Assembly (NCBI GenBank): GCA_963785725.1
Contig: CAWAWS010000002.1
Coordinates: 265,703 to 329,702, forward strand
From: an uncultured delta proteobacterium
Lineage (GTDB): Bacteria > Myxococcota_A > Polyangia > Palsa-1104
DNA length: 64,000 nucleotides
Direction: 5' to 3'
The position numbers and the translations under genes are program-made. Shown here piece by piece: positions 10,342 to 19,267 of the stretch (positions are counted from its first letter, which is position 1; each line of letters starts with the position of its first letter). Below the pieces are notes generated by a model, which was not told where the DNA came from, searched no databases, and was given only the letters and a program-made list of their open reading frames with translations.

Positions 10342-11107
10342 GCTTCAAGAACGGCAAGGCCGAGAGACCGAGCATCACGGCGGCCAGCGCGCCCATCGGC
10401 AAGAGCAGCGTATTGCCGGCGGTGATCTGGAACTCGTTCTGGAAGTAGGCCTCGACGTTGACCGGCAAGCCGCCGAAGACGACCGTGCCGGCGGTGGCGA
10501 ACGCGGCGACGGTGAGCGCGATGACGCCATAGGTGCGGTTGAGCAGCACGCCGCCGAAGCCGACGACGGCGAACGCGAACGCCGCCGCGGCGAGCATCTC
10601 CTGATCCTGGCGCGGCGCGAGCGTGAACATGATGAGCCCCGGCAGCGAGTTCGCCGCGCGGGTCACCGACTTACGGATGCGGATGACGCCCTGGTCGTCG
10701 AGCTTCCAGCGCGCGCGCCAATCGGGCTTGGCGTCGAAGAGGACGGCCATCTTCTCGCCCTGCAAGCACAAGGCGATGAGCGCGTGCGTGAGGCCGAAGA
10801 TGATGAGCGCCGGCGGCAACGAGCGCGCCGCCACCCAGCCGAAGATCGTCATCGTCACGCCCCATTGGCCGATGCCGGTGGCGAACCAGCGGCCCCAGAA
10901 CCACTCGGCAGCGACGGCGAAGAAGGTCACGCAATACACGAGCGTCATGGCCGAGAACACGGGCACCCATTCGGGCAGCTCGGTTCGCGCGCTCAAGCCG
11001 ATCATGAAAAAGAGCGTGGCGTAAAATCCGAGGAACAAGAGCGAGAGCGCTTTGCGCTCACCGACCAGTCCCACCGACCCAAGCGCGTCCATGTACGGGA
11101 GCTTCAT
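10310..11107 (-). CDS. Hypothetical polytopic membrane protein
   Basis: About 8 TM segments; AAGGAG Shine-Dalgarno upstream of ATG 11107. Confidence 0.7.
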   Translation of the reverse strand: MKLPYMDALGSVGLVGERKALSLLFLGFYATLFFMIGLSARTELPEWVPVFSAMTLVYCVTFFAVAAEWFWGRWFATGIGQWGVTMTIFGWVAARSLPPALIIFGLTHALIALCLQGEKMAVLFDAKPDWRARWKLDDQGVIRIRKSVTRAANSLPGLIMFTLAPRQDQEMLAAAAFAFAVVGFGGVLLNRTYGVIALTVAAFATAGTVVFGGLPVNVEAYFQNEFQITAGNTLLLPMGALAAVMLGLSALPFLKPMAGFVLRRR

Positions 11108-11183
11108 CGCGTTTACTCCTTCGAGCTTCATTATACGGCCAAGCGGGCTACTTTTCATCTGCCCGCGTACGAGCTACGGTCAC

Positions 11184-11987
11184 ATGATGTTGAACGTCCC
11201 TGGGGCCGAGCTATTCGTGACCGAGCTCGGCGACGGGCCGAGCGTCACCTTGATGCTGCATGGTGGTCCGGCCGCCGGCCACGATTATTTACGTCCGGGG
11301 TTCGATGCGCTGGCCGAGCCGGGGGTGCGGCGCCTCTTTTATTACGATCAGCGCGGCTGTGGCCGGTCGACGCTGGAGCCGGGCGTGCCGTTGCCCGGCT
11401 GGCAGACGCATGTAGCCGATATCGAAGCGATTCGTGAGCAGCTGGGGCTGCCGAAGCTGACCCTCGTCGGCTACTCGTGGGGCGCGCTCTTGGCGCTCTT
11501 GTACGCCATCGAGCACCGCGATCGGGTGGGCAAGCTGGCGCTGGTGTCGCCGGCGCCGGCGGCCGCGCGCGAGCGGGCCGAATCGGCGGCGCGACTGAAG
11601 GCGATGAGCGAGCGGCCGTCGGTCGCGGCGCTGCGCGCGACGCTGGACACGACCGACCGGCGCAATCGCTTCGCCCTCGCCGTCGCCGGCTACTTCGCCA
11701 AGCCGGAATTGGCGGTCGGGCTGACGCCGTTCGTCGTCAAGCAGTCGGCCGAGGCGGCGGTGTGGCAGAGCTTGGGCGACTATGACTTGCGGCCGTCGCT
11801 GCGCGGCTTGGGCGTGCCGGCGCTGGTCGTGCACGGCGCCGAAGATCCGATCCCGCTGGCGACGGCGCGCGCGACCGCGAACGCGCTCGACGCGCCACTC
11901 GTGGCGATCGACAATTGCGGGCACGTGCCCTATGTCGAAGCGCCGGAGCAGCTGATCCCGGCGCTGCGGACGTTCTTAGGCAGCTGA
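11184..11987 (+). CDS. Alpha/beta hydrolase (proline iminopeptidase-like)
   Basis: LHGGP, YDQRGCGRS, GYSWG nucleophile elbow, HGAED, CGHVP. Confidence 0.88.
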   Translation: MMLNVPGAELFVTELGDGPSVTLMLHGGPAAGHDYLRPGFDALAEPGVRRLFYYDQRGCGRSTLEPGVPLPGWQTHVADIEAIREQLGLPKLTLVGYSWGALLALLYAIEHRDRVGKLALVSPAPAAARERAESAARLKAMSERPSVAALRATLDTTDRRNRFALAVAGYFAKPELAVGLTPFVVKQSAEAAVWQSLGDYDLRPSLRGLGVPALVVHGAEDPIPLATARATANALDAPLVAIDNCGHVPYVEAPEQLIPALRTFLGS

Positions 11988-12912
11988 CTCGGGATAGCGA
12001 TCGACGAGCGCCAGCAGCATGTCGCGCTGCGAGACGTAATCGGGCGCCGTCGCCGTCAACACGAAGCCGCGCAGCTCGTTGACGAGGCAGCGCGGACCGC
12101 CGCCGCCTTTGCCGAACAGCTCGGGCAGCTCGAGCTCCTCGATGTTGAAGCCGCGACGCAGCAAGTTGCCGCGCAATCCCGTCGACAAGCCGCTCGGCAT
12201 CAGAGATCGTCCCGTCGACGCACAAGGAGTTGCAGGCGTAGCCGAGCGCGTCCTCTTCCTCGACGGACAGGACCTCGACGTTGTTGGCGAAGATGCGCAG
12301 CTCGGGCAGCGTGTGGTCGACGAGCGCGCCGCCGTAGGCCAAGAGCGTCGTGTCGCCGCCGCGCGACGTCAGCGGATCGAGCGCGGTGTCGCCGTGGAAC
12401 CAGGGCTCGCGCAGCTGCGCCTCGACGACGCGCGCGCCCATCGGCAGGCGCTCGCGCACGTCGGCGAGCGACTCGCGCACCGAGCGCACGCCCCAGGTCA
12501 GGATGAAGCGATTGCCGGGCAGCGTCGTGACGTCGGCCTGCCCTTCCCACGTGTGAGCCGATTCTTCGACGGGCACGCCGGCTTCGGCCCAAAAGGCGCG
12601 AATATGGCCCTGCTCCGCTTGCCGATGCGCGACGAGCATCTTCGGCAACCGCCAGGTCCATTGGTCGCCCTTGCGAAACAGCGCGCCCGTGTTGGCCGTG
12701 TACGGCAAGCCCGTCAGCGGCGTCGCCGCCTCCGCCGGCGGCGCCATGACGAGGATGCGGCCGCCGTGGCGCGTGATGGCGTCGCACAAGGTCAGCCACT
12801 CTTGCATCGCGGCGCGCGGGTTGGTCGCGGCGCGCTCTTTGGAGCGGAAGTTCTGCCCTCCGCGAATGGTCCAGCCCGGGCTCGGGTAGGACATCAAGAA
12901 CGTGGCCCCCAT
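11976..12912 (-). CDS. Amidinotransferase/dimethylarginine dimethylaminohydrolase-like protein; frameshift near 12204
   Basis: YTANTG, WEGQAD, FHGDT, YACN; the catalytic C-terminal KGGGGPRCL lies in the adjacent frame (11976-12200). Confidence 0.8.
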
Positions 12913-12952
12913 GGCCTGCAACCGTAACACAAATGTGCTAGATGTTCGGGCC

Positions 12953-13456
12953 ATGCCTTCGATAGAGCCACTCCCGTCGACGGGGATTAGCAAGATCCTC
13001 GGCATGTGCGAGATCCTCGAGGACAAGGGCGGACGCGAAGAGCTGTTCGCGCTCGCTCGTGACATGCACATGCCGTTTTCCGAAGTGCTGCTGGTGATCA
13101 AAGCGGCCGAGATGCTGTCGCTGATCGAGACGCCGGGACACGAAGCGCAGATTACGGCGTTCGGTCAGAAGGTGCTCGCGGCCGGCATCAAGGACAAAAA
13201 AGTGATGCTCGGGCAGCAGATGCTCAAGCTCAACGTGTTCATGCACATCGTCAAGCTGCTCAAAGGGACGCCGCGCCAGGAATTGCCGGCGGAGCTGATC
13301 CTCGAGGAGCTGGCGGTGCGGCTGCCGCACGAGACGCCGCGGCAGATGTTCACGACGCTGCTCAACTGGGGCCGTTACGGCGACGTCTTCGGCTACTCGC
13401 GCGACACCGATCTGTTCTTCATGCACCGCGAAGAAGAGGCCACCGCCGCGACGTGA
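12953..13456 (+). CDS. Stand-alone AAA-associated C-terminal domain protein (domain normally fused to NitT/TauT-type ABC ATPases)
   Basis: LP..GISKILGMCEILEDKGGREEL..LA, AAEML..I, LNWGRYGDVFGY pattern; no Walker motifs. Confidence 0.7.
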   Translation: MPSIEPLPSTGISKILGMCEILEDKGGREELFALARDMHMPFSEVLLVIKAAEMLSLIETPGHEAQITAFGQKVLAAGIKDKKVMLGQQMLKLNVFMHIVKLLKGTPRQELPAELILEELAVRLPHETPRQMFTTLLNWGRYGDVFGYSRDTDLFFMHREEEATAAT

Positions 13457-13561
13457 TCTGGGTCACGACGCAGGTGGCTAGACTAGCCACTGGTTCGACC
13501 ACTGTCGCCATGTAGGACACTGTCGTCGGCCGCAACTCATTGAATTGACTTCGCGTGACGC

Positions 13562-13578
13562 TTGGCATTGGGCGTGCT
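13562..13578 (+). promoter_or_regulatory. Putative sigma-54 -24/-12 promoter
   Basis: TTGGCATTGGGCGTGCT has GG-N10-GC spacing; upstream lie an IHF-like CAACTCATTGAAT and the palindrome GTGGCTAG-A-CTAGCCAC (13474-13490). Confidence 0.55.
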
Positions 13579-13605
13579 CATGGGCGCCGGCCAAGGGGAC
13601 ACGAC

Positions 13606-14076
13606 ATGAAGACTTGGATCGCGGGGATGCTGGTGGTGGCGAGCGCGGCGACGGGGCACGCGGCGCCGCTGAAGCTGCAGGGTGGCTCGTCGGTGCGCGT
13701 GGCGGTGCATGGCAAGCGCGAGGTCGGCGTCGGGCTCAAGATGCCGAAGCGCAGCGACCACGGCTGGCGCCTGGCGCTGGGCGCGGCGAACGGCGCCGAC
13801 GTCGCCGACGCCGTCGACGTCACCGATGGCGCGAACGACGCGCGCTGGACGCTGGCGGTGCGCGACGGTGCGCTCTTCTTCGACGACGATCGCTTCGTCG
13901 CCGGGCACGCCTATCGGCTCGTCGTGCGCCGCGGCGTCGAGGAGCGCGGCACGGCGCTCGTCTACTTGTACCCGCCGGCGACGGCGAGCAAGAGCGAGGT
14001 CAGCTTCGACGACGAGGGCGCGACGGCCGGCGGCAGCGACGACGAGATCGCGATCAGCAAGAAGCCGACGCTGTAG
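13606..14076 (+). CDS. Hypothetical secreted protein
   Basis: Signal peptide MKTWIAGMLVVASAATGHA; AGGGGA RBS. Confidence 0.65.
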   Translation: MKTWIAGMLVVASAATGHAAPLKLQGGSSVRVAVHGKREVGVGLKMPKRSDHGWRLALGAANGADVADAVDVTDGANDARWTLAVRDGALFFDDDRFVAGHAYRLVVRRGVEERGTALVYLYPPATASKSEVSFDDEGATAGGSDDEIAISKKPTL

Positions 14077-14088
14077 CCCGCGGCGGTC

Positions 14089-14820
14089 TCAGTCGTCCTT
14101 GGATTTACCTTGGGCGCTCTTGATGCAGTCGAGGACGTGCGTGAGGACGGCGATGCGCGCGTGCCACTTCTTGTCGGCGCCGAGCACCTTCCACGGCGCG
14201 TGCGCGGTCGAGGTCTCGGCGAACATCTCCTCGGCGGCATCGACGTACAAGTCCCAATGCTCGCGGTTGCGCCAGTCTTCGGGGCCGATCTTCCAGCGCT
14301 TGTAGGGATCTTTTTCGCGCTCGTCGAAGCGGCGCGCCTGCTCGTCTTTGGTGATGGCGAGAAACGTCTTGACCAGCACGACGCCGTCGTCGACGAGCAT
14401 ACGCTCGAACTCGTTGATCTCGCGATAGGCGCGCTTCCACTCTTTCTTCTTGGCGAAGCCCTCGACGCGCTCGACGAGGACGCGGCCGTACCAGGTCCGA
14501 TCGAACACGCCCCAGCGACCATGCGGCGGCAAGCGCGTCCAAAAGCGCCACATGTAATGATGCTGGCGCTCGACGTCCGACGGCGCAGCGATCGAGTGCA
14601 CGTTGAAGCCGCGCGGATCGAGCCGCTCGGTCAGCCGCTTGATGGCGCCGCCTTTGCCGCTCGCGTCCCAGCCTTCGAACGCCACGACGACCGAGCGCTT
14701 CGACTCGCGCAGCCCGAGCGCCGCCTTCAGGAGCTGCAGCTGCAGCTTGGCCAGCTCCTCCTCGTACGTTTTCTTGTCCGCGACCGCCGCCGTGTAGTCG
14801 AGCTTGTCGAGAATGGTCAT
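14089..14820 (-). CDS. ppk2: Polyphosphate kinase 2 family protein
   Basis: FEGWDASGKGG Walker A, LDPRG, FDRTWYGRVLVERVEG, WKIGPEDWRNR. Confidence 0.92.
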   Translation of the reverse strand: MTILDKLDYTAAVADKKTYEEELAKLQLQLLKAALGLRESKRSVVVAFEGWDASGKGGAIKRLTERLDPRGFNVHSIAAPSDVERQHHYMWRFWTRLPPHGRWGVFDRTWYGRVLVERVEGFAKKKEWKRAYREINEFERMLVDDGVVLVKTFLAITKDEQARRFDEREKDPYKRWKIGPEDWRNREHWDLYVDAAEEMFAETSTAHAPWKVLGADKKWHARIAVLTHVLDCIKSAQGKSKDD

Positions 14821-14843
14821 GGGCCGATGCTACACTGCGCCCC
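14821..14843. promoter_or_regulatory. Putative bidirectional promoter with overlapping -10 boxes
   Basis: Plus-strand TGC-TACACT (14831-14836) lies 7 nt before GTG 14844; minus-strand TAGCAT (14832-14827) lies 6 nt before ATG 14820. Confidence 0.5.
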
Positions 14844-15371
14844 GTGATCTCGCGACGCGGCCTCCTGCGCGCAGGGCTCGGCGGCGCGCTCGTCGTCAGC
14901 GGCGCCGCGCTCGTCGCCCGTTCGTTCGGCGGCTGGGGCGGCGGCTATCGGCTCGACGACGCCAAGGCGGCTCGGCTGCGCGCGCTGTCGCCGAAGGAAT
15001 ATTTAGTGCTGCAAGCGGTGGCGCGGCGCGTCTGCGCCAGCGACGAGCCCGACGCGCCGTCGGCGGACGCGGTCGACGCGGCGCTGGCGGCGGACGCCTA
15101 CGTCGCCCAGTTGCCGCTGCCGATTCAGGAGGAGGTGCGCGCGCTCTTGCAGCTGGTCGAGCATGGCGCGTCGCTGACGGCGCGGTTTACGCGGCTGCCG
15201 GCGGACGCGCAGGACGCGGCGCTGCGCGGCTGGCAGCAGTCGTCGTTGACGGTGCGGCGGCGCGGCTTTCAGGCGCTCAAGACGCTGGCGCTCGTCGGTT
15301 ATTGGCGGGACGATCGCACGTGGCCGCTGCTCGGTTACTCGGGGCCGATGCTGCCGAAGCGGGCGCCGTGA
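14844..15371 (+). CDS. Tat-signal small partner subunit of GMC oxidoreductase (gluconate 2-dehydrogenase subunit 3-like)
   Basis: SRRGLL Tat motif; RFTRL..AQDAALRGW..S..RRRGFQALK..GYW; GTGA overlap with the GMC gene. Confidence 0.78.
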   Translation: MISRRGLLRAGLGGALVVSGAALVARSFGGWGGGYRLDDAKAARLRALSPKEYLVLQAVARRVCASDEPDAPSADAVDAALAADAYVAQLPLPIQEEVRALLQLVEHGASLTARFTRLPADAQDAALRGWQQSSLTVRRRGFQALKTLALVGYWRDDRTWPLLGYSGPMLPKRAP

Positions 15372-16877
15372 GCGGCGGCACGATCGAACGCGCGCGCGAC
15401 TTCGGCCGCGACCTCACGCTCGACGCCGACGTCTGCGTCGTCGGCACCGGCGCCGGCGGCGCGATGGTCGCGCGCGAGGCGGCGCGCGCCGGCTTGCGCG
15501 TCATCGCGCTCGAGGAGGGCCCATTCTCGACGGCGCGCGACTTCACGCAGCGCGAGGACGAGATGTTGCCGCTGCTGTTCCAAGACGGCGGCGGCCGCAC
15601 CACCAGCGACGGCGCCATCAGCATCTTGCAAGGTCGCGGCGTCGGCGGCTCGACGGTGCACAACACCAACCTGTGCAAGCGCGCGCCGGCCGAAGTGCTC
15701 GACGGCTGGCGGCTCGACGGCTGGCGCGCGGCCGAGCTCGCGCCGCACTACGACGTCGTCGAGCGCGACTTGTCGGTCACGCCCATCGACGACTCGCGCA
15801 TCAACCGCAACAACGCCGTCATTCGCCGCGGCATCGAGAAGCTGGGCTGGCGCGGCGGTCGGCTGTCGCACAATCGCGTCGGCTGCGTCGGCTCGGGCTT
15901 TTGCGAGCTCGGCTGCAGCTTCGACGCCAAGCAGAACGCGCTCAAGGTGCTCATTCCCGACGCCGTCGCGCATGGCGCGCGCGTCGTCAGCGAATGTCGC
16001 GCCGAGCGCGTCGTCGTCGAGGCCGGCCGCGCGATCGGCGTGCAGGCGCGCGCCGTCGACGCGCAGGGCCGCGCCGGGCTGGCGGTCGACGTGCGCGCCC
16101 GCGCCGTCGTCTTGGCCGGCAGCGCCGTCGGCTCGGCGGTGCTGGCTATTCGCAGCGGGCTGCCCGATCCGTCGGGATGCGTCGGTCGCGGCTTGCGGCT
16201 GCATCCGGGCGTCGCGCTGGCCGGCATCTTCGACGAGATCATCGAAGGCTGGAACGGCATCCCGCAGTCGTGGGAATGCACCGAGAAATTACGCTTCGAA
16301 GACGACGACCACGAAGATCGCGCCTGGATCGTGCCGGCGTTCGCGCATCCGATCGGCATGGCGGCGACGCTGCCGGGGTTCGGCGCGGCGCACATGCGCA
16401 TGATGCGGCTCTATCCGCGCATGAGCGTGCTGGCGGCGATGCTGCACGATCGCTCCGAAGGTCGCGTCAGCGTGTCGCGCGGGCGGCCGGTCGTCGATTA
16501 CGCGCTCGACGCGTCGGACGCGCGCGCGCTCGGTCGCGGCATGACGGCGTGCGCGCAGATCTTGTTCGCGGCGGGCGCCAAGCGGGTGATGGTGCCGTTC
16601 GCCGAGCCGCTCATGCTCGATCGCGTGGATGAATTGCCGCAGATTCTCGCGCGCGGCTATCGGCCGCTCGACCCGCTTTTGACGGCGGTGCATCCGATGG
16701 GCACGCTGGCGCTCGGCCGCGTCGTCGACGAGCGCGGCCGCTATCGCGGCGTCGAGCGCTTGTGGGTCGCCGACGGCAGCCTGTTTCCGACGAGCCTCGG
16801 CGGCCCGCCGCAGCTGACGATCTACGCCGCCGGCCACAAAGATCGCCGGCCATCTCGTCACGGATTTACAAGCGTGA
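15368..16877 (+). CDS. GMC family oxidoreductase; +1 frameshift near 16840
   Basis: GTGAGG, GRGVGGSTVHN, CVGSGFCELGC, HPMGT, VADGSLFPTS..PQLTI; removing one A from CACAAAGATC gives the natural end KIAGHLVTDLQA* at 16877. Confidence 0.85.
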
Positions 16878-17464
16878 AGCGAGCTTGGGCGTTGTGCGCG
16901 CTCATGGCCGCAGGCTGTACCGATCTGCGCGATCTGTTCACGCCGTATGCGCCGCATCCGGCCGCCGTCGACGCGCTGTTGGCGTCGCAGACGATGTTGC
17001 CGCACTACGACGCCGCGCTCGTGCTCGGCTGCCCGGCCGATCCCGACGGCTCGCCGTCACTGTGCGAGCGCTGTCGCGTCAAGAGCGCCGTACGGCAATG
17101 GCGGCGCGGCGCCATCGGCGGCATCGTCTTCTCGGGCGGCGCGGCCCATTCGCACGACGTCGAGGCCGACGTCATGGGCGACCTGGCCGTGCGCCGCGGC
17201 GTGCCGGCGAGCGCCGTCGTGCGCGAAGGGCGCGCGCTCACGACGTGGCAGAATCTGCGCTTCTCGCTGCCGCTCCTGCATCGGCACGGCTGGTCGACCG
17301 TGCTCGTCATCTCGACGGCCGATCATCTGCCGCGCGCGCGCCGCATTGCCCGCTATTGGGGGCTCGACGACGCGCACGCGCGCTACTTCGCCTGCGATCG
17401 CGATCTACCGCCCGACAGCGACGCCGAGTTTGTGGATCAGCCGCCGACGAAGACGAACGGGTAG
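16874..17464 (+). CDS. YdcF/DUF218 family lipoprotein
   Basis: GTG start overlapping the GMC stop; lipobox MAAGC; LVLG, FSGG, EADVM, E..ALTTWQN, HLPRA. Confidence 0.8.
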   Translation: MKRAWALCALMAAGCTDLRDLFTPYAPHPAAVDALLASQTMLPHYDAALVLGCPADPDGSPSLCERCRVKSAVRQWRRGAIGGIVFSGGAAHSHDVEADVMGDLAVRRGVPASAVVREGRALTTWQNLRFSLPLLHRHGWSTVLVISTADHLPRARRIARYWGLDDAHARYFACDRDLPPDSDAEFVDQPPTKTNG

Positions 17465-17958
17465 CTGAACTTCTTGGGGCCTTCGGTGAACTTCGGGAAC
17501 GTCCAGCCGCGGGCGCGCGACTGAATGCAGGCCGGCAGCTTCGACGCCGCGAAGTCGGGCGCGTCGACGGCGACGTTGGACACGGTGCCGGCGGGCGCGA
17601 TCTCGAGCGACACGATCGCCTTGCCGCTGCCGACGGTGCCGGCGCGCTCTTCGACCTCGTAGCAGCCTTTGACGCCGGGCAAGTTGCGGCGAATGACGGT
17701 GACGACCTCGGGATCGGGCAACGGGCCCGGCATCGTGTCGACGACGGCGATGGCGGCCGGGCTCGGCGGATCGACGGCGCGGCGCACTTCGCCCATGAGC
17801 CCGCCGCCGCGCTCGCCGGCGATGACGGCCGGCTGCGCAGCTGCGACGATCGCCTGCCACTTGGCGTCGAACTGCGGGTCGCCTTTGGGCCGCGCCGCCG
17901 GTTGACCGTGACAAGCCGCGACCAGCAACGCACCGACGAGCCAAGACTGCCGCATCAC
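17437..17958 (-). CDS. AgmX/PglI C-terminal (TonB-C-like) domain lipoprotein
   Basis: Lipobox LVAAC; VKGCYE..G.V..V.V..LPACI...RGWTFP...FSYPFVF. Confidence 0.75.
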   Translation of the reverse strand: MMRQSWLVGALLVAACHGQPAARPKGDPQFDAKWQAIVAAAQPAVIAGERGGGLMGEVRRAVDPPSPAAIAVVDTMPGPLPDPEVVTVIRRNLPGVKGCYEVEERAGTVGSGKAIVSLEIAPAGTVSNVAVDAPDFAASKLPACIQSRARGWTFPKFTEGPKKFSYPFVFVGG

Positions 17959-17975
17959 ATGATCATATCATCCGG

Positions 17976-18698
17976 CTACTGCGGTTTGAAGGGCGACGCG
18001 GCCTGCGCGTGACGGACGCGGCGTAAGACGAACGCCCACAGCGCCAGCGATCCCAGCGCCACCGCCGCGTACATCGGCCAGCCACGTAAGCTGCCGAGCA
18101 GCAAGTCGTAGCCGGTGTGAAAGCCCAGCGGCACGACGAGCGCGGCGAGGAGGCGGTCGCGGCGTTGGCGGCGCGTGACGTCGATGCCTTGCCACTGGCC
18201 GTCGCCGAGCTTGGCGCGCCCGAAGTAAAAGCCCATCGCGGCGCCGAAGAGCGCGTGGGCGGGCACGGCGAACACCGCGCGCAAGACGCCGATGCCGAGG
18301 CCGTCGCGCGCGACGCACAAGACGTTCTCGACGGTGGCGAAGCCGAGCGCCAGCGCGACGCCGTAGACGACGCCGTCGAGCGGCTCGTCGAGCTCACGCC
18401 AGCGGCCGATGATGGCGTAGAACGCGAGCCACTTGGGCAGCTCTTCGCACGCGGCGGCCAAGACCAACGCTTCGAACGCGCGCGCCGGCAGGCCGCCGAG
18501 CGCCAGCCAATCGTCGCCGACGGCGCGCGCCAACGTCCACGACGCGGCATAGGCCGGCAACGTCGCGGCCGCGCCGAGCACGAAGGCCAAGGCGACGTGG
18601 CCGCGCGGCTCGGGCTCGTAATGATCGCGGAGATAGAAGTAGACGAGCAGAAACAGCGACGGCGCCGCACCGACGACCAGCGTGAGCGCCCACGACAT
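17976..18698 (-). CDS. PrsW family intramembrane metalloprotease
   Basis: RDHYEPEP, EELPK, DGVVYG..ALGFATVEN, PAHALF, HTGYD. Confidence 0.88.
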   Translation of the reverse strand: MSWALTLVVGAAPSLFLLVYFYLRDHYEPEPRGHVALAFVLGAAATLPAYAASWTLARAVGDDWLALGGLPARAFEALVLAAACEELPKWLAFYAIIGRWRELDEPLDGVVYGVALALGFATVENVLCVARDGLGIGVLRAVFAVPAHALFGAAMGFYFGRAKLGDGQWQGIDVTRRQRRDRLLAALVVPLGFHTGYDLLLGSLRGWPMYAAVALGSLALWAFVLRRVRHAQAASPFKPQ

Positions 18699-18702
18699 GG
18701 GC

Positions 18703-19224
18703 TCAGCGGTGCGTGAAGAACCAGACGACGCCGGCGGCCGAGGCGGCGGCGGCGAGCAGCACCATGCCCACGACGAAGGTGCCCGAGAGGCTCGAGCCGT
18801 CGGACGAGGTGGCGGCGGGCGCGCCGGCCGGCGCCGCGGCCATGCGCACGACGCACTGATGCTCGCCGAAGAAGTGCCGCAGTTTCACGACGAGCGCGCT
18901 GTATTGCACGCGATCGAGCGGAATGTCGGCGCCGTTGAAGCGCTCGCGATGCAGCGCCCGCAGCATCTCGAAGCTGCGCAGCTCCGCCCACGACTCGGCG
19001 GAGTTGGCCGAGCCGGCGACGATGAGGCTGCCGCCGCCTTCGGGGATCAACTTGACGTGTTGCGTGGCCTGCTTGCCGCCTTCGGTCGACATGCCTTCGG
19101 GCGCCGACAGCTCGACGCGATAGGTGATCGGTCCGCGCACGCGCTCCTTGGCCAACGCGATATTGAACGTCTCGGCCAGGGTGATCGCTCGAACGGCGAA
19201 CTGCGTGCGCTTGGCATCGGACAT
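18703..19224 (-). CDS. Hypothetical protein with C-terminal TM anchor
   Basis: GC3-biased ORF, hydrophobic C-terminus, 4 bp upstream of the prsW-like gene. Confidence 0.65.
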   Translation of the reverse strand: MSDAKRTQFAVRAITLAETFNIALAKERVRGPITYRVELSAPEGMSTEGGKQATQHVKLIPEGGGSLIVAGSANSAESWAELRSFEMLRALHRERFNGADIPLDRVQYSALVVKLRHFFGEHQCVVRMAAAPAGAPAATSSDGSSLSGTFVVGMVLLAAAASAAGVVWFFTHR

Positions 19225-19267
19225 CAGGTCTACCTCCGACGCCGAATTGTACTATAAAACGAGCGCC

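Noticed and set aside
14804..17464. Apparent 886-aa GMC-YdcF fusion in the ORF track
   Set aside because: One extra A at ~16840 explains it. The corrected GMC ends at 16877 with a GTGA overlap, and YdcF has its own lipoprotein signal.
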